A stretch of 63,943 nt of DNA, filler included, from Octopus bimaculoides (taxonomy: Eukaryota), in assembly GCF_001194135.2 (NCBI RefSeq). It is 5 parts of 5 records of this genome, joined end to end, with 100 filler letters (N's around TTAATTAATTAA, not from the genome) between each part and the next. Parts side by side here need not be neighbours in the genome. Positions count along the whole stretch, not along the records: positions 6,817 to 19,366 come from NC_068990.1; positions 19,467 to 49,655 come from NC_068995.1; 3 more parts are not named here. One strand, written 5' to 3'. The notes beneath the pieces are model-generated. The model was not told where the DNA came from. It saw only the letters and a list, made by a program, of their open reading frames with translations, and made no database searches. The translations under genes and the position numbers were made by a program. This document shows positions 13,281 through 27,281 of the stretch, one piece after another (position 1 is the first letter of the stretch; each line of letters begins with the position of its first letter).

Positions 13281-13927
13281 CAGCAGTCTGAAAACCGTAG
13301 CCANNNNNNNNNNNNNNNNNNNNNNNNNNNNNNNNNNNNNNNNNNNNNNNNNNNNNNNNNNNNNNNNNNNNNNNNNNNNNNNNNNNNNNNNNNNNNNNNN
13401 NNNNNNNNNNNNNNNNNNNNNNNNNNNNNNNNNNNNNNNNNNNNNNNNNNNNNNNNNNNNNNNNNNNNNNNNNNNNNNNNNNNNNNNNNNNNNNNNNNNN
13501 NNNNNNNNNNNNNNNNNNNNNNNNNNNNNNNNNNNNNNNNNNNNNNNNNNNNNNNNNNNNNNNNNNNNNNNNNNNNNNNNNNNNNNNNNNNNNNNNNNNN
13601 NNNNNNNNNNNNNNNNNNNNNNNNNNNNNNNNNNNNNNNNNNNNNNNNNNNNNNNNNNNNNNNNNNNNNNNNNNNNNNNNNNNNNNNNNNNNNNNNNNNN
13701 NNNNNNNNNNNNNNNNNNNNNNNNNNNNNNNNNNNNNNNNNNNNNNNNNNNNNNNNNNNNNNNNNNNNNNNNNNNNNNNNNNNNNNNNNNNNNNNNNNNN
13801 NNNNNNNNNNNNNNNNNNNNNNNNNNNNNNNNNNNNNNNNNNNNNNNNNNNNNNNNNNNNNNNNNNNNNNNNNNNNNNNNNNNNNNNNNNNNNNNNNNNN
13901 NNNNNNNNNNNNNNNNNNNNNNNNNNN

Positions 13928-14003
<76 letters not shown>

Positions 14004-14004
14004 C

Positions 14005-14036
<32 letters not shown>

Positions 14037-14280
14037 GTATCTATGTATGAATGTATGCGTATGTACATATAATATATAGATAGGTGTGCGAACACACACA
14101 TACAGAGATAAGCACATATGCATGTATAAATACATATACATATATATTCATATATATACATACCTAGATGCATATATATATATATATATGTACATATATA
14201 TATGCACACACACATATATATATATGTATAGGCACACATACATATATACACACACACACAAATACACATACACACACACA

Positions 14281-14336
<56 letters not shown>

Positions 14337-14363
14337 TATATATATAGACACACACATATATGC

Positions 14364-14600
14364 AGCTGCCTGGTTTAGTGGTGAGTGTGTGGCACTCACG
14401 ATGAGGAGGTCGTAGTTTCGATTTCCATTCCGGCTCTGTGTAGTATTCTTAAGCAAAACGTTTGCTTGTTACGCTATCCATGTTCATTGAGCTGTGAATG
14501 GGTAGCCCTGCAACGGATTGCCATCTCCTTCGAGGTCACTGTTGGCCTGCTGGCTAGGCCAAAGGGGCGGCAACATCCGAAAGTAAGAAGAATGCGACCA
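14364..14600 (+). mobile_element. tRNA-derived SINE with a CORE-like central segment
   Basis: A-box TGGTTTAGTGG, anticodon-like CTCACGA, B-box GTTTCGATTTCC, then TTCTTAAGCAAAACG...CTGTGAATGGG; no tRNA acceptor stem. Confidence 0.6.
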
Positions 14601-15171
14601 ACTGTATATAACAACACCCGATAGTTTTGTCGACACTCTGATACCGTGATATACAACCATCTATCTACCACTATATGTGGAGAGATAGACGAGTACCACT
14701 GTTCCTATGAGGGAGAGTTGGTAATTGTTAAAACATTTCTGCATGAAACTATTGGTAGCTATTTTAACCCATAAATGAATATTATGGAAGCAGCAATCAA
14801 AGCAGTGTGAAGCATTCCTTCTATGTGAGTGTAAAAATGTCCCCAGTGCCCTTAAACACTGGATGAGCATTACACACGAACATAGCACCAAAACAAAGTG
14901 TACTCACACACACACAAACACAAACTCACCCCCCCCCCCNNNNNNNNNNCCCCCCCGCATATACGTGCACACATAAACGCACACACATACACACTCACAC
15001 ACACACATATATACATATATATGTATATATATATATATGTATATATATATGTGTGTATATATATATGTATATATATATATATAGGTTTGTATATATATAT
15101 ATTTAAATATATATGTGTATATATATGTGTGTATGTATATATATATCTATATGTACATATATATGTGTATG

Positions 15172-15214
<43 letters not shown>

Positions 15215-15276
15215 GTGTATATGTATATATGTATATGCTTGTATGTACGTATATACATATGTTCATATATAACAGA

Positions 15277-15410
15277 TTTCAGTTTCTGTCTACCAAACCC
15301 ACTCACAAAGCTTTGGTTGCCCCGAGGGCATAGTAGAAGATAGTTGCTGTAGGTGCCACGCAGTGGGACTGAACCCGGTACCATGTGCTTGGGAAACAAA
15401 CATCTTACCA
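15277..15410 (-). mobile_element. SINE family B 5' module
   Basis: TTTCAGTTTCTGTCTACCAAACCCACTCACAAAGCTTTGG...GGTGCCACGCAGTGGGACTGAACCCGG; continues into the long TA/TG array at 14950-15270. Confidence 0.85.
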
Positions 15411-15816
15411 TATTATAAAGGCTTTTTTTCTAAAGTCTTTGTTCGTTACATCCAAGTCATTGCAGTATTTCATTTGTATGAGTGTTTCATTCCTAAAATA
15501 ATTCCAATGATAATGGATAAACCTATGTACCACAATTCTCATTCAATCAGCATAACTCCACCCCTCAAAATATGTAATATTGATCCACAACGGAAAACAT
15601 AAACAGTCTTGTAATAAACATATCATGGTTAAAGGAGAAAGCTCTTTATCATATACAAATTTAAAAAAAAAAAGAAATTCTAGAACAATGTTCATTAGGA
15701 TGACGAGGGTTCCAGTTGTCCAGATCAATGAAATAGCGTGCTCTTGGGGTGAGCGCTCCACAGATACGCGTAACCTTAATATAGTTCTGAGGGAAAACAT
15801 GCATGGCCCTATGTGA

Positions 15817-16090
<274 letters not shown>

Positions 16091-16134
16091 GAATTGCTTA
16101 CTTGTCGACCCATCATGCACATTTGATTCCATGA

Positions 16135-16478
16135 TCGTAAAAGAAATGGAAGAAACACAAGCAAAAATATAGAACCTCGTTAAAATTTTAAATTGGAAGA
16201 ATTTGGAGCATGCAAAGAGTAAAGGCTACAATAAGTGGTACGCTGGGAACAGTAAGCCAAGTTATAGACAAATGGCTGAAAGAATTTGACATACAATGCC
16301 CTGTATAACTCCTATATAAAATGTGTCTCTTAGGAGCAGCAAAGACCATCAGGCGGGTTCTGAGCACTTGAAAGATTGCTGCAAATTTGTGGATAACTAA
16401 GGTTACAGGTAGTAAGAAACTCCACATAATCCCTACAATGAACAAGATCGAACCAGGGACAAACCAAAATAATAATAA
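16135..16478 (+). mobile_element. Second R4/Dong-like RLE family, C-terminal remnant + 3' UTR
   Basis: With frameshifts: KEMEETQAK...IGRIWSMQRVKATISGTLGTVSQVIDKWLKEFDIQCPV*LLYKMCLLGAAKTIRRVLST*. The UTR ends in AATAATAATAA. Confidence 0.8.
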
Positions 16479-16544
16479 AAGACCCAAAATGAAACGATGA
16501 GAACAATGGACCACCTAATTTCTGGATGTAAGGTTTTTAGCATC

Positions 16545-16950
16545 TGTAGAGTAAAACAAGACATGACACAGCTTGACAATATCTACACTGGTTAGTATAT
16601 CAGCTTTATAAAATCAAAACTTCTGAGACTGTAACTGAGGGAGAAAATGTAACGATTCTTTGGGAGTTTAGCAGTATATACAGACCAGTGGACCAAAGCT
16701 AATAAACCGGATATTGATGTGAAAGATCAAAGCAATAAAATCTGTTCATTCATTAACATGAGCATCCTTTCTGATCATAATATCTCGGCAAAAGAATTTG
16801 AGAAGCTCAGAACATATAAAGATTTGCTCATTAAAATCGAAAATATGTGGCATTTCAATGCGATTACAATAACAATGATTCTAGGAGCAACTGGAATGAT
16901 CAAAAAAGATACTGAAAATTATTTGAGAACAATCTCTGGTTCACCGTCAG
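16545..16950 (+). mobile_element. Third R4/Dong-like RLE endonuclease remnant
   Basis: VTILWEF...YTDQWTKANKPDIDVKDQSNKICSFINMSILSDHNISAKEFEKLRTYKDLLIKIENMWH...MILGATGMIKK contains the PD-(D/E)xK restriction-like endonuclease core (KPDI, KE.EK..KY.DL, GA.G). Confidence 0.88.
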
Positions 16951-17375
16951 ATTGTTTTAACTGCTACATCACACGTATTGAGAAGTGCATTGTCACTGTG
17001 AATTTTGTCTTCCTTTTCACCATTTTTGCTTAGTTTTTTTTTTCCAGTCTTTTTCTCTTTTTTCTATTTTTCCTTTTTTTTCTATCTAACTTGACTTCTT
17101 TCAAACTTAATTTTGTAAATGAACAATCTGGTGTATTTATTTTTATGTCCTACTAATGTATACAGTAAGATTGTTTGCTCTACATGTCGAGAAGACACCC
17201 GGTAAGATATGGAAATAACAGTGAATGAAGAAGTAAAATACTAATGACTTTTACTTTATATATTTTCCGTGTCGTTAAAATAAGTAAGAGTTGAGCATTT
17301 GGGTCGGTGTAAACGACTGACTCTCTCTTCCGAAATTGTTGGCATTGAACCCTTTATTTTTATTATAATTCCATA

Positions 17376-17590
17376 AGGTGTCGACCTGGCAGAAACGTTA
17401 GCAGGCCGAGCTACATGGTTTGTGGTATTTCGTCCATCATTTCGTTGAGTTCAAATTCTGCTGACGTCAACTATCTTGTTCATCTTTTCGAGATTGTGAA
17501 AATAATTACCAGTTGAGCACTGGGGACGATGTAATTGACTTAATTCCCACCCTGAAATTGCCGGCCTTGTGCCAAAATTTAAAACGAATA
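17376..17590 (+). mobile_element. SINE family A (tail type 3)
   Basis: Head CTGGCAGAAACGTTAGC, B-box GAGTTCAAATTC, tail CCCACCCTGAAATTGCCGGCCTTGTGCCAAAATTT. Confidence 0.8.
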
Positions 17591-18315
17591 TTAAATTAAT
17601 CTTCTCATGATAGAACTTAATATTACAGTCCAATAAAATTAATAACTATACTCCCTATCTAAATTTTGCTAAATTGTTCTGCATAACATTAACTTTATCA
17701 TAAGATCCAAACAATCTTAAACCGTAATGTAATCTCGATAATATACCTAACCAGGTTATTAACACGTAATTTCTAGCCGTTATCATCTATATATTAATGC
17801 AACAATATTGAATTATGTACTGGTGGAATTACCCAATCTTATCACCGTTAACTATTCTTACTATAGTTATCCATTCTTAGAAATTTAGCCCGTCATACTC
17901 AAATCTATCTGATTTCATATATGAATCCAAATGATTGTTAATTCTCTATTAAATTTCTCGAATAATCATTAAAGGTATTCGTTGCTTTAACTCTCACTAC
18001 GTCCCATTCAACAGGCTCTATTGAATTTTTCTTATGTATTTAATTTCCTCAATATAAATTATCTCAGTAATCGTGAATTTCCTTCCTCCCTAGCATTCTC
18101 ACATTCAACAATACGAGGTAATCTTTAATATTACTGAACAATTTCGCTTTTTACTTTACACACACATATGCAGGCGCACGCACACAAATGTATATACATG
18201 CATACACACACACAGACACAGACACCCCTCCCCCATATATATATATATATATATATATAACAGAGTAAGCGCATAAACGTGAAGCATGGTGGAAAAAATA
18301 GTACTCGAATTCCGG

Positions 18316-18357
<42 letters not shown>

Positions 18358-19189
18358 TTATATATGAATATACATACTTACATACATATATATGTGTGTG
18401 TAAGTGCGGTTGTCATATCAGCTGAGATGATAGCCGTTCCACATTCAGCCTGATTGTTCTGGTTTATTTCATGCCTGCATGCATCAGCAGGGATATGACT
18501 TTTCACGCTACGCATCCATTGCCATAAGTCGTCATAAAATACAAAACATTTGAAGAAATGAAATGAGGATGAGACATGTCTGTATGTCTTTTCATTTAAC
18601 TGACAAAAGCCTGTACAACACTTTTGTCACTCTCTCGGCCGCCATTACAGGTTTCAATGACACGTATTGCAAAATGACAGGTCCTATTTCGACCACAAGC
18701 TTTATATGAGAGTAACTTTCTTGTAGAATAGTTACTTTTCTCGCTCTTTTTTAAAAGCCACTACACCATATCTAATGGATCAAAGACATGCGAGATATGC
18801 GTAGCTGAAATAACGCACATTCACTTTAGTTACTTAATTCTAAGAAAACAAGGACGAAATATTGGTCTTCCTACTTTCCTCTTCTTTCGTCTCCTTCTAA
18901 CTTTTAACATAATCCTTCACATTTTTCTTTCCGTATTTCCTCATGTCTTCCCATAGAGCAACGTACTGGTTTTCGAATAGGTCTGACCGCATACACTGAG
19001 CCTGAAAGATTGCTTTGAGATACATGGCATGTAACATAATACTGCCAAATTATTCTATCTGTAACCCATGAAAGTATTAAATGATATTGGTGTATCTTAA
19101 ATTGTGTATGTTAAATAACCTTTATCTCTCACTGGATGGAATATATTTTCGTTGATCTTATCTATAACGTAACAGTAAACTATATATAT

Positions 19190-19366
19190 CTTTTATTAGC
19201 TTGTTTCATTAGACAGCGGACATGATCGGGCACCGCCTTGAATTTTTAGTCGAATGCATCGAGCCCGTTGCTTATGTTTTAAGCCTGGTAGATATTCTAT
19301 TCTATTACATTTGCTGAAACGCTAAGTTACGGAGACAAGCACACACCTACGCCTATTCTCAGGTGG
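19190..19366 (-). mobile_element. SINE family B 3' module
   Basis: GCTTGTTTCATTAGACAGCGGACATGATCGGGCACCGCCTTGAA...GCTAAGTTACGGAGAC. Confidence 0.75.
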
Positions 19367-19466
19367 NNNNNNNNNNNNNNNNNNNNNNNNNNNNNNNNNN
19401 NNNNNNNNNNTTAATTAATTAANNNNNNNNNNNNNNNNNNNNNNNNNNNNNNNNNNNNNNNNNNNN
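19367..19466. other. Artificial 100-bp assembly spacer
   Basis: 44 N + TTAATTAATTAA (19411-19422) + 44 N. Confidence 0.97.
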
Positions 19467-20431
19467 ATATATATATATATATAGTTATATATACATATAT
19501 ATATAGTTATATATGAATTATATAAATGGATATGCGTGTTTTTGTGATAGCTTTTGTCCTTGCACCATGGCTTACCAACCGATTTTATAGATGCTGGTTT
19601 GTTTACACCAACGTAAGTTAGCAGTTCAGTAAAGAGCCAGATGAAACAAGCAACAAACTTGAAAGATATGTCCTGATGCTTCAGCATGGCCTTTGTTCAA
19701 TGATTGGTGTAACCATAGGATTGGCATAAATTAAGTCTAATTCAATGAACTAAAGTTTAGCCATCATTTCAGATAATGCGCTGTTTAGAATTTTTATAGT
19801 AACAATTCTATTTCGATACATGAAAATCGAAATATTTTTGTACAGTTATAAGTCAGTTCATTGCAACAATTGCTAGCTGTTATTTGCTTGGTGTTATTGG
19901 ATAGAAACGAGATGCATCGTAATAAATGTCCACAGTTTAGAAATGCTGTTTCCGGCTTTAGACTCCCTTATGGGCTTCCAATGATCTGGATTGCTATTAC
20001 TTTTGTGTACCAAAATTTCTTACACACACTCCTTCTCTAGTAAACATTCAAATACACGAACTCTTAACATGCATACAGATACACACACTCAAACACAATT
20101 ATAATAGTACACAGGCATAACTATACATACAGACATGTCTCCGCAAACAATGACAACAATTTTCGTGACTGCAAATTGGATTTCTCTTTTAGCTTCATAT
20201 TAGTTGAATTACAATATAGCCATTCACATTATAACTTGTGTATAAATGTCACACAGCATACGCACTAGCTCAAGCTAGTGAGCGAATGTACACGTGCACA
20301 CGCAATATACATACATATATATATAGGACTAGAAATATATTTATTAGCCTACTTATTTATACATGCACTCACACATACACATGCACACATACACTACACA
20401 CAAACACTACACACAAGTACACACACACACA

Positions 20432-20485
<54 letters not shown>

Positions 20486-20962
20486 NNNNNNNNNNNNNNN
20501 NNNNNNNNNNNNNNNNNNNNNNNNNNNNNNNNNNNNNNNNNNNNNNNNNNNNNNNNNNNNNNNNNNNNNNNNNNNNNNNNNNNNNNNNNNNNNNNNNNNN
20601 NNNNNNNNNNNNNNNNNNNNNNNNNNNNNNNNNNNNNNNNNNNNNNNNNNNNNNNNNNNNNNNNNNNNNNNNNNNNNNNNNNNNNNNNNNNNNNNNNNNN
20701 NNNNNNNNNNNNNNNNNNNNNNNNNNNNNNNNNNNNNNNNNNNNNNNNNNNNNNNNNNNNNNNNNNNNNNNNNNNNNNNNNNNNNNNNNNNNNNNNNNNN
20801 NNNNNNNNNNNNNNNNNNNNNNNNNNNNNNNNNNNNNNNNNNNNNNNNNNNNNNNNNNNNNNNNNNNNNNNNNNNNNNNNNNNNNNNNNNNNNNNNNNNN
20901 NNNNNNNNNNNNNNNNNNNNNNNNNNNNNNNNNNNNNNNNNNNNNNNNNNNNNNNNNNNNNN

Positions 20963-20998
<36 letters not shown>

Positions 20999-23090
20999 TC
21001 TGTGTGTGTCAACAAGCATGCGTAAATGCGTAGATACATATATTCTATCTGTCTCACACACACACAAACACATGCATACGCACATATGTAATGTTCATAC
21101 AGAATATGGAAAAAGTTCTATTTTTGAATAATCCTTGTGCATCAGAATGATTAGTTCTAATATTTTTGCGTGCATAGTCTGAACTCCTTAAATGCTTGTG
21201 TGTATATATATGCAACGAATTTAACTAAACACTGTGTATAGATATGTTTGTATGTTTGCATGTATGTTTTCACGTATGTTTGTATGTGTGTGTAATAAAT
21301 CAGTTCATGCTACACATATCTATGGTGCATTGTTGAAATAGTGTTTAAATATTTTTATTTAGTTATATTACTTCTGTGTCGAAATTATTCAATGTGAATA
21401 TGAATTCCTCCAAAATTGCTAGTGGTTGGTCAATCTTCATGGAGCCAAAAAGGAGAATTTCGAATTGGTTTCTCCCGAAAATCTAATAATGTAAGCTGGC
21501 TATAGTTAAAGAAGTATATTTTTCATGTATAATTTTTAATAACACTTTGATAGAGGTTTTGTTTATATAGTCGCTATTATTGCTACCTTTAAAAGGAAAA
21601 GAAAAAGAACACATAATTGGATGACTATGTTTTTTGCAATGATTTTGCGCTGGTTAGGTCTTAGTATAAAAAAGACATTGTGTCTTTGTCACAAGTTTAA
21701 TAAAACTTTTAACATACATCCAAATCTTATAATCGTCGCATAAATATATAAATTAGCTGCATAAATTATCTGTTAAAGTATTGATAAATGTGAATCTTAC
21801 AAAAACAATTTTAGTGTTCGATATTAACATTTAACTTGACATTTATTCCATTTCCTATCAACTAGCGTGATCTATAGAAGCATATTACTGCAGTGAAATA
21901 TCATTTCACATCGAGTAATATGATTCAGTATTCAAGATTCTCCTTTTTTACTGCATAACAATTCAATGCTTATTTCATTGATAAAGCTGTCACTGAAAAG
22001 AAGGTGCAGTTTAACCTGCCGAGAGCACGACATATTTGCAATACATCCGTAAAGCAACTTCATTTAATTTGCACCATGTATGCCTTTGGATGTTGGCTGA
22101 ACATCCGCCACATTATCCTACAATGCCACACCACTAACTGAAAATCGATGAATTCATAAGCTCAAATATTTGTGCTATTTATGAATTGTGCCTACAGTAA
22201 TATACAAGCCGAGTGCAATTCCTTCCCATTCGCAGATTGCGCAATTCTTCTATAATACGTTGAGAAAGATGTATAAATAATAGATTTTCCCCATTGAAAA
22301 TTAACATTTATTTTGTTTCATCACATATTTTCAACCGCTAAAGGCTGAGGTGAAACTTTTATCAAACATAAAGCGCAACATAGATTCAATTTCCGGTTAA
22401 TATTTTCTCCCAGATAACTTTGAACCAAGCATAGTCATCAAAAATATTTACCTCGGTTCATTAAAGCAATTACTATAACTTTCTGCCTGGTCGAAAAAAA
22501 AAAACAGTAAAAAATGTATTCATACAACATATTATATTTTAGTGCTCTAAATTTCCTGTCAGCTCAACACTTAAACAATAATGTTAATTATTTTTAGTGT
22601 AGGCAAAATAATCAGAAATTTGTGAAATCGGGTTAGTTAATTACATTAAGCCATGTACTTGTCGTTATGTTATTGTCCCCAAAAAAATGAAACGCAAAGC
22701 TGACCTTGATGGATTTTGAACTTAGAATATGAGAACAGGAAGAAATTTAAGTGTTTTGTTTGATGTCCCACAACCATTCAGAGGGGTCACCACTTGATTT
22801 TAGTGAGCATTTCTGATTTTGTTTCTTTCATTGGTAGAATCAAAAAAAGAATTACCAGAGTCTATTGGTTTAGCCAGTATACAGACATGTGTCATTTCAT
22901 ATACTTACTCATCTAACGAACTCTGAATGGTGCAGTTTGACGAGGTGGGTTCTTCCAATTTAACGTGCAATCCATTCGCGGGATTATCCACAGAATCTGC
23001 CAAAAGAATTTTACTCTCAATGTATTAGTCGAGATGATAATTTACTGAAAATAAAAATTTATTCATCAGAATAGATCCACAATCATTTAA

Positions 23091-23121
<31 letters not shown>

Positions 23122-23146
23122 GACACACACACACACACACATGTAT

Positions 23147-23248
23147 GTGGCTGTGTGGTAAGTAGCTTGCTTAAAGACAACATGGTTCCCGGTTCAGCCC
23201 CACTGTGTGGCACCTAGGGGTAGGTGTTTCTACTATAGCTTCGGGCAT
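23147..23248 (+). mobile_element. SINE family B 5' module
   Basis: GTGGCTGTGTGGTAAGTAGCTTGCTT (A-box), GGTTCAGCCCC (B-box-like), GGCACC. Confidence 0.85.
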
Positions 23249-26200
23249 GTGCAGGTGTAATCAGTACAATTTTGTCAACAGCGAATGGTCATACATACTA
23301 ACGCAGGACAACAGTTGCAAAGTTTTACTTTCCTAAGGTCTATTAACACCACCGATGTTTTAAAATACATCGCTACAGTCCAACGTGCAACATGGCCCAG
23401 AATAACGACTCACTGATGAAATATTGGACAGTTAAAAGACGGCAAATATTCACAGATATATTTAAACAAAATCTTTCGAAAAATACATCAATTTATTCTA
23501 TCACTCCCTTCCACCCTCTCTCTCTCACTCCATCTTTGTCTTACATACATAGACAGACACACTCACACACACACACATCCTCACACGCATACACACCCGT
23601 GTACGCACACATACATGTTTGTATACATATATTTAGATTCATATTCATACTGTGGCAGATCTGAGCTCAATACTGAAAGTTAGCGTTTACAGATCAAATA
23701 AATAAACATTACCTTCTTCTTTTTCTTCTTGCAAAAAACTTTAACTTAATGGAAATTTTTGTTTCATTCAGAAAGTAACGAATTACTAGGATATTTTATG
23801 GTGATTCCAAAGCTGATATAGGAAAGGAAGGAAGGTATTCGACAACATGAAACCAACTCCGAAGGCTTACAACAGCATGGATCCGTAAAGGACACCCATG
23901 TTACTAAGGGCTGATGTAAAGCCGAGCGATGGATTAAGTCAACTAAATAGGAAGACGAAGATAGGATTTGAACACATTGTACAAATTTACGAAACAAATA
24001 AAAGTCAGTATCTGGTTAATGGAACTTATCAACCTTACTGTATTTGTATCAAACCCGACACTACTGAAGTCTCCGCTGACTTCAGCAAAATTTGAACTCC
24101 GAGCGTAGAAGTGAACAAGTACTGAACAGTATTCGATTGAATGTTTTCCCTCGCCGCCAGTCACCGAATTATTTAAAGTAGAAATCTAGACGTTACATCT
24201 GGTGCAAGACATCGTCAGCGGTGTATTGTGTTTGAAGATCTTTTTATTCATTGTCCTAATTAATAGCGTTCATTTATCGCAAAATATCGACTTTTAATTT
24301 CAATGACGTAAAACAACATAAGTTCATAAAGTACAATAGGATCACAAAACTCAACTCCAAGATTCCTTTGAAGGACAGCTGTTTCATAATTTTAGGAAAA
24401 CAAACAACAATTTCTTTTCGAATTTGATTGCTTGGTTAAAAGGTCAGACGTTATCTTTGGATTGTTTCAACCTTAAATTATGAAGGCTGCTCACGAACAC
24501 ACCTCTGTATATTGTTTTCACTCATCACTGTGTATGACAAAGTTATCGTCAGTGAAATATGCATTTCCAATGTCTGAGATTCTATAGATTCATATTCGGG
24601 TGCACATCGTCTGTATAAGTGCAAATACGTCAGACGTCTACCACTTGTACTCTGTTACATTTCTGCATTTTCTGTTTTTCTTTTGTTGAAAATTTAATAC
24701 TTGACACTAGAAATTTGAATCGCATTATAGCTATCATAATTGCCTCACTCAAAGATTTAGAATTCCATTTCAACATCGAAAAACTGTGATTATGTTTCAA
24801 CTATTTGTGACATCCATTCAATTAATGTTTCATTTCGATGTCAAAATATCGTCAACTAAGGCTGGAATTTAGCTTCTATTGCTCGGAAATAAATGCGCTC
24901 CAGTTCTTTTGCTTTGTTTTTGTTCTTCATTTAACCGTCATATTGTTATGCTTTAAAGAAATTATAATTTTAAAAGATTATATTTGAAACTGGTTTTTAT
25001 TACTGAAAGAATAAATGTTAAGATATGCAATTAGGATTAACATTCCGACTAAAGTCGTAAATAAAACATAAAGTAAAAATATATGAATATTGAATCATGA
25101 ACAATAAATAAATAAGCCTCTTTGATATTTAATGAAATAAGAAAACCGAAAAGAAAATATACACTACAGCAATAAATATAAATCTTGAACAATGGCATAC
25201 ACAAATGCAAACCAAAAACGTAAATTGCATCTATAGTTTTAGTTTGTTTTTCCCTTTAATCATTTCGATTTGCCGTTAGGCATTTTTATCTTTTGCGTAT
25301 TTTGGTGCATATTTTTTTCTATTTTCTTTTTCTCTACCTGATCTCGGAAAATGTAGCTTTCGATGAGAATGTCATTCGATTATAAGTGAACTACCTGTAT
25401 TAAAATGAACTGCCATTAAGACTACAGTGGATTTTCAACAGTTTTGATTGATTCATATCGGCTTTGAATTATTTAGTTCGACGTGAAGTCAATTTAAATG
25501 TCAAACATTGTTATTATTTTCTTCCCTATAATCATTCTGAAGTTTAATAGTTTTTCGTTTCGATAAACAAGAATTCATCAAGCTGGAAATACTACTACTG
25601 CCACTGCTGCTGTCACTACTACAGCTACCACTATCAGTACTTCAAGACCTGCTATGCCTACTACTGCCGCTGCTGCTGATAACAGTGATGTTAGTTACAT
25701 CAACCATAATAATATTTATAACATCAATACTACTATAATAACAAGTAACAACAACAACAATAATAATAGCTATTGATTGAGGCATTTTCAAGGGTAAGAC
25801 TTAAGCAGTTACATAGACCATATTACAAAACAAGTACCATATTTCATTGACCATGTAAGATTGAAACACAAAGTTGGCAGTGGAGGGATTTGATCTCAAA
25901 AGAAACATGACGTAATATATTATATCATTATTATTACAAATAACAGTAACATTATTGATAATAGTAATATAGTGGATATGATGTGAGCGAAGATGTTGAT
26001 GATGATAATCTGATAGCAATAGTAACAACAATGATACAAAGATTTACATTTTATATGTTTACTGTTAACAGGAAATCAGAAAAAGTAAAGGAAAAAAAAA
26101 CTGTTCCAAACTTTCCCATTAAGAGTAATAAAAAATGCAGTCATACATTTTATTTAGTTGTTACCCGTTCACTTTCTTTCATTTCATGATAAATTTTTCA

Positions 26201-26714
26201 TCGTTGTTTTCTTTAACGTATTGTCATTTACGTTAAAATGTAATTTTCGGTTTCAACATGGAAACGTATTATTACCTCTGAAGTCTTTCAAGAATTAACG
26301 AGCAACTCAGTGTGTATAATAGTCAATTTGCTTATCTCTCAACTTACTTTTAATTTGGTTTCTGTCTACGAAAAAAGAACAAAATGGAAGGAAGAAAAAA
26401 GATAAACTGATTCCGTAACTATTTTTAAGTGTCTTCTCAGTCATGTGAAATCACGAAATATGTTAACATCCCGTTGACGAACATTTATATTAATACAATT
26501 GTTTGCAGAGGCAAACCGTCGAATTTATCGTTCAGCAATAACTGTATAAATTATAATGAATAGGTTAAAAAGAGCCGACATATGTAGTTAACGTAACAAT
26601 TACTTAGGAAACTATTAAAATTAGTTGTTATATCAAGGGTTTTGAGAGGCAGAATCTAACAGTGATATTCGAAATACGTAGCAGTATTAAGGAGCCACTT
26701 TGAAATGACTCACA

Positions 26715-26853
26715 GTATTTCGTTCGAGGTTACGTTCCTAATTCCGCCGAGGTTAATTTTACCCTTCATCCTTTTGGAGTCGATAAAAAAAAGTATCGAA
26801 TTACTCCCACCCTCAAAACTGCTGGCCTTGATGCAAAATTTCAAATCAATAAT
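26715..26853 (+). mobile_element. SINE family A (tail type 3), diverged
   Basis: AATTCCGCCGAGG...CATCCTTTTGGAGTCGATAAAA...CCCACCCTCAAAACTGCTGGCCTTG. Confidence 0.7.
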
Positions 26854-27197
26854 GATTTAATCTACTGTTTCTTTACACAACACTGTGGCTATACCGACAT
26901 AACAAAAAAAAAGATGGGTAGGTAATTATAATGTTTCTTTTGGATAAAGGAAAACGTTTGACGCCGTATCTAGCATTAAATGAAACTCAGTTTGCCTTAA
27001 ACAAGTAACAAAAGAAAACCTCAAAGCTAAATATGAACGCCTATAATTCGTTGAATTGAAGTATCTGTTTCAATACTATGAATATTATGAAACGATTTCT
27101 CTGTATAAATATTCGTGTGCTTGTGTATATAAACGTGTTTATGTATGTATTATATCTGTATATCTGTATACGTGTGTGTTTGTTTGTTTGTTTGTGT

Positions 27198-27201
<4 letters not shown>

Positions 27202-27280
<79 letters not shown>
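27202..27280. repeat. (GT)n microsatellite
   Basis: Direct reading. Confidence 0.97.

Positions 27281-27281
<1 letters not shown>

Noticed and set aside
12677-14281. 534-aa acidic/Gly-rich ORF and its His/Pro/Ser-rich counterparts on the + strand
   Set aside because: Compound trinucleotide repeats bridged by N runs; open in several frames because of low complexity.
14364-14440. Possible tRNA gene (A box, CTCACGA loop, B box)
   Set aside because: No acceptor stem or proper cloverleaf, and it continues into a SINE body; treated as a SINE head.
17650-18130. Possible highly decayed LINE on the minus strand
   Set aside because: No diagnostic RT or endonuclease motif could be read with confidence.
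23764-24164. Overlapping 65-77 aa ORFs in a slightly GC-richer patch
   Set aside because: No recognisable domain or consistent splice signals.
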